Below are positions 52,825 through 64,000 of a stretch of DNA of 64,000 nucleotides, piece by piece. Position 1 is the first letter of the stretch; each line of letters begins with the position of its first letter. A model generated the notes under the pieces. It had not been told where the DNA came from and did not search any database. It saw only the letters and a list, made by a program, of their open reading frames with translations. The translations under genes were made by a program, and so were the position numbers. The stretch spans positions 1 to 64,000 of the forward strand of contig NOWV01000196.1 of NCBI GenBank assembly GCA_003344405.1. Direction: 5' to 3'. Origin of the DNA: Trichoplax sp. H2. Taxonomy: Eukaryota.

Positions 52825-55800
52825 TCTGCTGTAATATAGAACTTGTTAACTTATAAAAAATGTTCATTCATAATGACAGTCTTTTAGGATGACAAATAGA
52901 TGAATGATGGGGTAAGTGATAATGTTCTCGTGGAGTAGTAGGTAGGAATAAAATTTGAACCTCTATGAATGTTTGCATAAAATTGGATTTCTTCGATGAA
53001 AGCGATAGCGTATCATTTTTTAACAGACTATTACTATCGATATTAGGTATCACGCCATCGGCAAATTTTACGCCGTCCAATTAGACAGATTTCATCAATT
53101 GGTCAACTGATCAATGAAACTCATCTAGCTTTGTGACGGGTGTGATATAAACTCATATCAGTACTATGGGTTTTTATAGCAAATTTATTCTCATGGAAAA
53201 GATTTTTTGATGATTAAAACCACACAATACTGCTGTTGATTAAATCAAATGAGGATGAATTGGATTGTTCTACAGCGAAATATTATTTACAATGTCTATT
53301 GTCGCCTAGAACTGCGTTTAGTCTATAAAATTATGGCTATTATAGCCATGATAATGATAATAGCCAAGAGAAACCGGATAATGTCCTAGACGTAAAGCGA
53401 TTTTCGTCAACAATCATTCTTTTGTTTCTATAGTATCTACAATCTCAGAATAAGGTTCTATCAAACTCAGACAGCATGGGGTACAATCTTTTCTCATTCT
53501 GAAATGTTACAGTATATCATTATGGTTCAGATAGAAAAGCAGCTGATCATATCCTACGTAATATAAATTATTTTTTATGGTTTAATTTGTTTGGATTTAT
53601 CGATCGATTTATCACCATAATTTGCATATGTATAGCAGCATCACTGCAGTAGATCTTGTCGTTATGAAAAACATTCACATTATGTTGGTTACTGTTGTCC
53701 TAGAAGGCATCAGAATTGGCAAAAGAAAAATAATTATTATTTCAATGATCTTGTTAATCATATTGGAGTCGATTATTATTCATGAAGAATATCTCAACTT
53801 TATTTTTTTATGTTGAATTCATATCGATATTATCCTAATACTATATTAGCTTGGTGTTGTCAAGACTGCGTACTAGCCTAGAGGGAAGATAACCTCTTTT
53901 CTACCGTTCCAGGAAATAATTCCTTCCGCAGGAATGTAATCGGCATATCTCTTGACTTAGCCGAAAGTGATCGTCATGATTTCTACATTTTAGCCTAAGT
54001 TTATAAAGTACCAAATATGCCCACGGACAGAGGATATATTTACTAGTCCGTGCTTTATCCTAGCTTTTTCCACTACAATGCTCAGTGTAGCGCATGGGTT
54101 CTTAGCTAACATATTACTACTGTAATTAGCTAAAATCGTCATCATTCGTTTAAATCCAGCTATAATATATTATAATATAGCTGTCTGCTTGAGTAAAATA
54201 AAAAAACTTGTCGCCAATTTTATCTATTATTGCCCACTACATTTCAATAGTGATTAGTATGATATTCTGCCAGTGCTTTTTACCCCTGCAAATAGTTGTA
54301 GAAAGCAAAGTTTTCTCCTACACTATTAACAATTTATAGCTATAGAAATGATGCCGTAATGTAAGATTAACTTCTAACTTTTTCGAGGTACTAACTATAA
54401 CAAACAAAAATAGGGGATTTTCGATTCTACATCCGTTAGATTGTAGCGTGCAAATATTTCTAAAGTCTCACATAACTGGAGCGAGACTAATATGTAACAT
54501 AAATCCGTGACAATATCCAACTTTGGGTAAGGAAATAGCTATTAAAATGATATAAGAATAGAAGATTGATTACTAACTCATCCGAGTTTCATTGTAATGA
54601 TGTTTTTGTAAGCCTTTGTATAGATGTATCCAATATATTTGAGCTATATCAATGTCAAAACATAGTCAGTTCTAGCAAAGTGTAATTCTTCGGCTACGAC
54701 CATTTTCTAAATTCTGATGTTGTTTATCATATTTGTTCCGTCTGATTTTTTCTCTATATCATTATATATCATTATTCCAGAATTTTGTAACTTATGCCTC
54801 TTTTGAAATTATATTGTCCGCGAAGAAAAAACTTGTACAACTTCTCAATCTGGATGGCATTCTTATCTTAGTATCAAAGTTTATAGATTTAGTAATTCCT
54901 AAAAATGGCCAATATCATCTACATTCACTTTACGTATTTACATTATTAAGGTCTTAAGGATACGATTGTTATAAATTTTTATTTATTCATGGCTAGATAA
55001 ATCTGTAGATAATAGCACTAGCTTTATGTTGTACACCTGTCGCAATATACGTCAATTGCTGCGAAATAATTGAATAATCTTGTTCACTACTAGCGGTAGC
55101 ATTAACAGTGCACGAAAAAACCTATTGCATTTTCCGGAGATATACTATACTAGACAGTTCTATATCAATTTTAAGGATCGAATAAAAATAATAAAGGCAC
55201 TTGCCGGTATTGTAGAATTTTTGCTAGATTACAGTTTAATAACTCGATGAACATTATGTATTGAGTACGAATGTAGTGCCTCTTAATATCACAAGAAAAT
55301 TGCAACGGCAATAAGGTATCAAAGTTAGTGTGAAGTGATGAGTTAGAGCAAAATCACAATTTAATTACAGTCAATGATTAAAAATATTTTTGTAGCAAAG
55401 TTGTTTTTCAATGAGAACATGAATGATGATAACGGCTGTAACATATTTTTCAATAATAGATCGATGTTTTAGATATATGAGGTAATTTAACGTTTATTTT
55501 ATTGGATATTGTTGACCAAAAAATTAGTTATTATTCCAAATATTAATATGCATGATATTAATAGCCAGTTTTAAAGTGTCCATAGATAAGATTTATCAGC
55601 ATAAATCGACTAATATTTTGTACGTTAAATTATTTCATAGTTCTGTTATTATTGTTAATATTAATTGGTGATGGTAACTATAAAGATTGATAAATTATGT
55701 GTAGATTAACTTTTACTGGGGATTATTAGCTTGATATGGTGCCTGAACTTTTGATTATTGGAGAAATTTACGATTTATTATTAATAATAATTAATGAGGA

Positions 55801-58777
55801 TGATAGTCATTGCCTTAAATGAAATATCCAAGGATCAATTTTATTGTAAGAATATAATTGAACTGGTACTAGTGCACCGACTATTCAGCCATACGATCTG
55901 GCTATGAAATGATCATTAATATTCTCTTAATATCAATAAGAGATAATTATAGCTACAGTAGTAAAAATCGATAGTGAAGATTCCTTGAGGTCAATGCTTG
56001 TATCATATCATAATGTTCATAGCTTTGTTGATGCTCAACTATCGATACTGTTACGAATAATAGCTATAGTGTCGATAGAATAGGTATCTAACTTTATTGT
56101 TAATGTTTTTCGTTTATGGATATGGGTTGATAATTGAATTTAGATTACTGAAATCAATGCAAGGGCAGCTGTAGTTGATAGAGCGATCTTGCTGTAATTA
56201 TTGATTGAAGTTTATTAATAATGAGATCCCTACTTAAACTAGTACTGGTCTGAACTGAGCTATTGTAGTTGACAGTAACAGCCACAGAAAATACGAAAGT
56301 AACCGGAGATTGATTTATTGATCAAAATCGAACCTTAACGCATGTCATCAATGTGCATATTTGATTATCGACAAAGATAACAGGTTCTCTCATAGCTATA
56401 CACTATAAATACGTGTATGCAGGTATTTTAACAGTATCATTTCCAGTTTAGATCGAATGAAGTTGATTGCGAACCCTTTTGAGACTGAATAAAATTCGAT
56501 GCTTATGATATCAAATAATGTTGCGTGACTGGCGAAGGAATCAGCTAGATTTAGAAGTGATGTTTCTCCATTACTATAATCATATAAATACTTTGTAAAA
56601 TTCTTTTATTTGATCAAAATATCTGGCATTCAGTTTAAATAATTCTATAATCACGCATGGGCTACTGTTATGGAAATAGCTTAAATCTAATTTCAATAAA
56701 TATCAATTTTAAATAGGACTTTATTCTATTAACCGAACTCATTGTTAAGATTCAATGAACTTAGGATTACCAAGCTGAGAGTGTACGTGACTTGTCAATA
56801 AAGCCTAAGATATATGCTAAGTTATGACTTTCTATCTAGTCAAAATAACGATCCTAGATAAATATTTTTTATTCCTGATGTATAGTAATAAGAATATTAT
56901 GACCAGCATGATGGCAGCTTATTGATATTAGATTGAATGAAAATATTATTCGAATTGCGATCATCATGTCTATATGGAATAAAGGCACGAAAGCTGTTGA
57001 TTGTAAGCTAATTTATGCAATGTTGGGTATATAATGGGTAATTAAATTTAAATTTACTTATTGCTAACATGCTCTCCTAATTAATGAACTTTAAAGTTAG
57101 TACACTGAATGGCGTTATCATTACGAAATAATATTTTGTAAATTGATCATCAGCAATGAGAATTCTTCTTGGCTTTATTATCAATTTTCTAGTATTAGCA
57201 TAGATCTAAAAATGCTTTTCTCGACTTCTTTAAATGTGCTTGCGATGTTTATGAAAGTCTGTGATTAAATTATACGTATATGAAATAGCTATATCTTGTT
57301 TTCGTTATCTTTTATTTTAGATACAGCTTTAATCTTAACGATGTATTATTTGCAATAATTAACTTTGTAACGGACTCATAATAGTAGTAAGTGATTCTGA
57401 ATTCATGAAAATGATACTGATTTTGATTTAATATTATTTAAAATACGAAATATCTTATAGCTTATTTTACTGGTAATACCCTTTAAAAATTGTTACAGTG
57501 TGTCGGTAGCTCGAGTCGAAAACCACGTACAATCAAAATAAAATGAATACTTGAGGGTGTATTATATAATAAAGCCTTGTACATAATTATTTGATAATTT
57601 CAAGATTCTAACATTATATTTTCATGCAAACCCAACAAATAGAAGAAAATAAATGGATCAAACAATCTTCACATTATCGTATACCTTGAAATTTAAGATC
57701 ATTTCAACTATGTTCACCTTAAACATCAGAGAAATTGTAATGAAATTGTTATGTACTTTATGGCAATCTATAAGGCAATACTAGTCAATATTAAAACTTT
57801 CGGATATCGTGTACTTTGTTGAAAGATGTTGTTACAGTTTAAAATATATCCTAATGGTATAATTACTAATTCAAGTGATTACTCTTGGTATAGCATATAT
57901 TTTAACTGAAGCATTATAAACAATTTTAAAACAGCTTAGCAATGGAAATTGAGAAAAAAATTCTCGGCAAGGATAGTGGATCTGAGTATTATACTACAAC
58001 GTATAAATAATACATCTATCAGCTTATCAATCACGTATCTCATAAAATACATTATAGTTCCATAATTGTTGTATTAATGGGTGCACTAACGATCCAGCAG
58101 TTTCGCATTGTCCATGGAGAAATAAATTTTACCGCTTCACAAATATCATCTACAGAATGTACGAAAATTTGTATTGCTAACTTTCCTACACGTACTTAGT
58201 AGCGACATGAATTTCTATTTGCTTCCTTATTACATACATTTGACATACAGCATGCAAGTATTTAGGAAAGAAAGTCAGCATCTTGGCGCATAATTTATAA
58301 CTGTATTTATTTAATTTACTCCTTGAAAGTTGCAATACTTGAGGTTGACTTAAATAAATAATTCTTAGGATCATATGCCAATCGTCTTATTATCTATTTG
58401 ATATATTAGGATAGTTTCAGTGATTGCATTATTTTATTATTTTGATGAAATAGGATAGCTTATAATTGAAGCTATCTTAACCCATCATGGAGTAATATAA
58501 TTACATTAGATTACCGCAATAGTTTACAAATTACCACTTAAAAATTTACGTCACTATCAACTATCTGTGAGACAATTTAATATTTATCGGTATTGTTGCT
58601 AAAATGGAAGAGGTTTAACTTTTAAAAGTGTTCCGATGCAATATCGAATCAGCTGTTACTCTGTCATCGAACTGGGCTTCTTGGCAACTAACATTGAGAT
58701 CTTGTATTAAGTCAACGCTAGGATTGTGTGCGCAAAGAAAAAACTTGTTAAGTTCTACATCATAATATGCGCACTTA

Positions 58778-61700
58778 TCATGCCTTGGAAGCGATTCTTA
58801 TGAGATTTGCGATTATCTTGTAAAAGTTAAAAATGAAAAGTAACCTAATTACATTGACAATAAAATCGAATTATGGATTTCTCTTACTACTGACCTTGTC
58901 CATGTAGGGTCTATCTTTATAATTATCCATTAGACACCATTTGGCTAGCTTCGTTAATCTCTTTACGAAATCATCCGGCCAATTAGCATTTTCATCGATT
59001 GGAAATTTTGATTTACAGTGTTTATAACAGTAATGAAAGTAGCCAGCCTAATTGCGAATTAATATCGGTAACGTTATAAGCAGTTTAAGACAGTCAATTT
59101 ATCTTTATAGCGTTTGCCATTTTAATCCGTTAGATAGACTTCGTATATGATGCAAAACTAGAGTTAAGCAAACGAATGCCATCATTTGAGCTAGCTAAGC
59201 TGAAAAATATTCTCATGATTTCAGCAACCCTCTCTTTATTAAATTTGATATTAGCTCATACTATGGACCAACGGAAATGTTTAGAATTTAGGTAAATTTC
59301 TTTAGCGATGCTTTCATACCAGTTACTCAACCTAAGGAAATTCAGTAATAATAAATTGGTGAAGTTGCGGAGAATAAACTGATTATGGTTTTGAGTAGTG
59401 CTGCTACAATTATGGTCTTAATTTTCTTATGAAAATTAATAATTGCCGTTGCTGAATTCAACAACCAGCGAGTCTATGAGTGTTTTATAGGTCTACGCAA
59501 TGTTTAAGTTGAAACGTGAATGGTAACAATTTCGATTAACAACTGTATCAGTTTGACCTACACAGACTTCATTAGCGTATTTATTTGGAAAGTTTAAATT
59601 TGAACATTTGCTGATAATATATATTTAGGTTCTTTGATTTAATTACATGTATTATCTACTGGCTCTAGTAATTTAATTAAGAGCTAACTACACCACTCCT
59701 TGTCAAATTTTTACCAATCTCCAGTATCCCAATAATGCCGATTTTGACCTGTAATAGCTGAAGATGTCAAGTCGTCAAATAGCGATGTAGTGATGCACTG
59801 ATATTTGATTATGCGGATAGCTATATTTGATATAGTTAGGTTGCTTTGAATAAATATTATCGCGAAGCTAATATTAGATGATTGTTAACTACTATATTAG
59901 AAATTGCTGATGACTAATAGTAGCCAGTTGACTAATTATGGTGCAAGATTTATGTAGCTAGAAATACTGCAGTTGTTAAGGTGCCCTTCGGAGAATGGGC
60001 CTAGACGTTAATAGAGGAGTAGTGATATCTTAAGTAGAATGATTTAGATTGTAGAAAATAATGATGTACTATTAGAGAAAAGTATTTTGTTTGATGATTT
60101 ATATCTAATTGTAGATTAATCAAGTTGTTTCAAATGGATTTAACGAAATGTGCATAAGAACTACAGAGATAAGCTCACAGAGGAGAAGAGACTTCACTTC
60201 GTTTTAAGCTCGGAATACTTTCGATTTTAGACTAGATTCTTATAATAATTAATTATTGCTCTACTATTCCTAAAACTTTGTAATGTAATAGAAGCCTTTT
60301 AGAAAATACGATTTGACTAAGATAGTTGTTGTGAGACGCATTTACTACAAGCTACTAGCAATAATTTTATAATATTTTACTTTTACAGTATCGTTATTAA
60401 TTTATAGTTCATGATTCTGGAAATCTAGCGAACATCGAGCACACTGTTAAAGACGTATAAATCTTTCGGAATTTCTTTGACTTACTATATAAAATTTGAG
60501 CTATATACGTGTAATAATTGCTTTCATACATGCTCTCCAATATTGTGGCGTCAAAGTGAAGCAGGGGTAATTAAGTATGGACTTACCAAATACCGATATC
60601 CTTCTTTATCACTAAAGAACGCTGATTTCCCTGATATAATCTCAAGTAATACCTTCCAAATAATGATATATAGTAGTTGATAGAAATGAACATTTATAAA
60701 TTCGATTACATACTATTCGATCAATACACTTACAACTCCATAGCAATAGACATCAAAGCGACGTGATATTATTTTTTGATATGCTTCTGGAGGTAAGTAA
60801 GCCCGAGTTCCAATGATGTTTTCTGTAATGGCGGTACTATCTCTATCCGTTCTTGTAGATAATATTTTTGACAAACCGAAATCGCATATTTTAGGAGTAT
60901 AATCCTCCGTGAGTAATATATTATCAGTTTTAATGTCCCTATGTACGAGATATGTCCTAAATGCAGTGTGTAGATAATTGATTCCTTTGGCTACGCCTAT
61001 ACAAATTTGTATTCTGACCCAATAATTCAGAATTTCATCCTGAAATTTTTAAAATTTTAGTAATTATGATAGGTTACATTAGAGTATGAGCAAATCTTTG
61101 TGTTGATGGAATGACTGGTATCAACTCGATTCTCTAAAGTACTTCATGTATAACAATTACAGTTTATCCTATTAGAGTTTTCTAGCTATGACTGTAGCTG
61201 TATTAATATTTCTCATCAATGACCATTACAGTCGTCTAGCGTTAATCAAGCTTTCTACTAAGGTCCTTTTTTATGAGTCAATTTACCTTCGCTTGTAATC
61301 TTGAATTTAAACTGCCATTGGCTATGAACTCCATCACCATACAAAGGTGGCCATCAATCCGTAATGAGGTATGCAATCGAACGAGATTAATATGCTCATA
61401 TCTAGAAGTAATTACTATCTAAGTATTCTAGGATATACAATATCGGTATGCTATCGTTTTGTTAATATTTCTAATTAAAACAGATGCCGCAGTAAACGAT
61501 AGACAGTACTGTCTTAAATGGTTATAACCGTTCCGTCTAACTATTTAATTTTATAAACTATGTTCATTGCATTAACTACGATGCAGTAAATAATCTACGA
61601 AATAGTTGATGCTTACTGAAATAAAAGTTGACACTCCCGTTGATCATCTGTTGGAATCTGTTATTATATCGGTGAGACACCATAGAAAAGCATTACACCG

Positions 61701-62332
61701 ATCATCAAAAGTACGCAAATTGATGGTGTGGATCCATATCGTAATTGAAATTTATGAAAATAAAGTAGTAATCTACGAGGTGCTTTGATAACATTTACTA
61801 GATTACTTACCAAATTCTGCTTAATCCTTTTGATGGCAACGACGCCAAATGAATGCAACTTCGCTCGGTATACTTCACCAAAGCCGCCTGCTCCAATCAT
61901 GTGCTCCTTCGAAAAATTAGCTGTTGCCTTCTTTATATCCTAGAATAGTGAAATTTTAGTAAATCATGCTTCAATGGAAACAGTTTGAGTATAAATCATC
62001 AATTACGGTAACTACGGCTGGTAGCATCCTGTATAACATCTGGATAAGATACCTTAGCTTGTATTGCTAAACTCGGATTTCCATTGCAGGATGGTGTAAT
62101 CAATGGTTGTTGCTAATTCATTGCAGTCAAGTTACAGTTATTTTAATACAGAGATTCGAATTAAAGTATGCGTACTGTATTAGTGCTAATTCGTGAAGTA
62201 TTTGATGTAGTTACAGTAATTAATTAATGTATGCCAACAGCCGTCAAAGGAGCAATCAGAAATAGCCTACTGTGAAAACACCTCTTCGTTGATGATCTTA
62301 ACTTTCCTACATAAGACATAAATGGTTCCCAT
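58778..62332 (-). CDS. K6: Pelle/IRAK-like Ser/Thr kinase, catalytically intact, 9 exons; most similar to K2
   Basis: MGTIYVLCRK (start 62332; the exon-1 donor is ambiguous), QQPLITPSCNGNPSLAIQAK, DIKKATANFSKEHMIGAGGFGEVY..VAIKR, RECQLLFQ, YEHINLVRL.., large exon ~61019-60734 missed by the ORF track (HRDIKTDN, DFG, GTRAYLPPE, DVYCYG), VLLEIISG, exon ~59047-58895, last exon 58816-58778 (IIANLIRIASKA*). Confidence 0.9.
59780..60330 (+). repeat. Dispersed ~550 bp repeat, copy 2 (inside K6 intron 7)
   Basis: Colinear, same-strand similarity to 7790-8340. Confidence 0.85.
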
Positions 62333-64000
62333 TTTTGGGGGAATTCTGTACGGTACCGTACTTCAATATATAGCCTAGGGGGAAAAATAGACTTAGCCTC
62401 GAATAAAATCTACGGATTATTTGCTAAGTTGTAGCATTAGCCTGATGATAGATTTGATAACGAACTCTAGGTTAAATTTTTTATTTAGCTTAAATAATAT
62501 TTTTAGTACCAATAAAAAAGCATTTTGAAATTTAAACTGCGTCCAACAAACGAACGAAATTTTAAAAGGCGATATTCTGCTACTAATTTGAAATTACTAC
62601 AACAGGAGTAGTGGCTATTTCCTCTATAAATTCTGTGAAAAGAAAGTGCACTCAAAGACTTTCAATATTTGTGGGCGAACATGATAAGATTCGATTCCTA
62701 GTTGTAGCCATTTTCCATATAGTATAAATTCTATGATTACGAAATGTAGTGATGATTTTATCGCAGCTTTATGGTAGAGAAGTTAACAATTTTAATCCGG
62801 CTAACGCAACAAAGTCCTATTCTAATTGTACAGTATAGCTAGAACAGTTATCTACCATTGTAGGGTTGTATGACTGCAAAAATCTAATTATTTTTCGATA
62901 CTGATACAGTATGCCCGCTCTCTATCCTCAATAACGACGTCCATAGTCGCATTAAGATCAAATCAACTAAAATATACAAGTAAATAATAATCAAGTTACA
63001 AATAATGTCATAACGATGCTACTTTCTCTAGCACAAATATTGCAAGAATTATACTTTGATAAAATGCTTAAAGAAAAGCTTAATTTTAAGCTGTTAAGGA
63101 ATCGATATTAAATTTATGGACTTTTCAACCAAACGCAATTAAGAGCATGAATAGTATATTATGTTTAGGTAATTATTTTCTATTCTATTCCGACTACTAT
63201 ATTCAAAGCAAATCTAGGATTTTCTGTTGCAATTTGCTGTTGCTAATTTCAGACTTCGAATGCATACGGCAACGTATCAATACTATATTATGGATGATCT
63301 ATTTAAACATGGATCATTTAAGTGGCTCATGCTTCCGATTAGTACAACAAGTGTTCTTAGCAAATACGAATGCATTTCTCTAGAGGAACTGGTTCATCTA
63401 GTTGTTAGCAGATTTAGCTTTGAAGATTTGCAAAAAAAATAAAGTTTTCCTCTAGATATTTACTAGCTTTGTGTCTAGATTATTTTTGACTTGAAATTAA
63501 AATCGCACGGCAGCAGTACGGAACTACAACTTTGATATTGCTGGCTGTCTATTTTCAATAAATATGTGCAGTATAATGTTAGGGTAGAAAATGTCGACCT
63601 ACGATTCAAACTTTCCGCTTGCACTTGATTTGCTAGAAATAGTAGATTGACATGAATGTTGGCAGAGTCATTGCAATATAAACGTGTTTTTGAAAATGCT
63701 TACCACTCTTGTATTAATACAATTGTAATAGCATTAATACTGAATATTGATGGCGATCTTAACAGCTATAGAAATCAAATCTTGTTGGTTTGTTTTGGGC
63801 TGTATTTCAGGAAAGTGAGATATCGCTTATTCGCTACTGAATAGCAGTAGAATGAAATATGACTCGTAGACAAGTACAGTAAATTATATTAATTTCTAGT
63901 CATCCGTAATGGATGCATCCAGTAGTACGGTAATTTATAAACTTAACAGTAGAGCAAATGTATAATTAGACCACCGTAACTTTCAGTACGCGGCTCTTTT

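Noticed and set aside
55400..56450. Minus-strand I/L-rich frames suggestive of another membrane-protein relic
   Set aside because: Too many stops and no diagnostic motif.
63147..63844. Short ORFs upstream of K6, candidates for a divergent P partner
   Set aside because: No P-like first exon or kinase motif seen; a partner could lie beyond the window.
1..64000. Prokaryotic features (CRISPR, operons, IS), tRNA/rRNA, and assignment of IRAK4/pelle gene symbols
   Set aside because: The sequence is intron-containing eukaryotic DNA with no such arrays or RNA genes recognised, and orthology cannot be established without phylogeny.

Overview
AT-rich eukaryotic genomic DNA with short GT-AG introns; the style suggests an early-branching animal such as a placozoan, but this is inference only. 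The window is dominated by a cluster of ten spliced Pelle/IRAK/RLK-type kinase-domain-only genes that I assembled by hand on both strands. Six belong to a 9-exon 'K' clade (~315 aa) with an N-terminal MG..C acylation motif and no death domain. K2-K6 keep all catalytic motifs; K1 has lost DFG and the Gly-loop. Four belong to a 10-exon 'P' clade of intact but motif-degenerate pseudokinases (HNx, DGC, GY[FC]CxE, no alphaC Glu), mostly with Cys-cluster N-termini. Order: K1(-), K2(+)/P1(-), K3(+)/P2(-), K4(+)/P3(-), P4(-), K5(-), K6(-). The kinase-><-pseudokinase module occurs three times, and two copies share non-coding homology, so the pair appears to have been duplicated as a unit. This looks like a membrane-tethered kinase/pseudokinase pair system reminiscent of plant receptor-like cytoplasmic kinase immunity. 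Several diverged 0.1-0.55 kb duplications and two possible decayed 7TM-receptor relics fill the gaps. Gene models are manual and lack transcript support.
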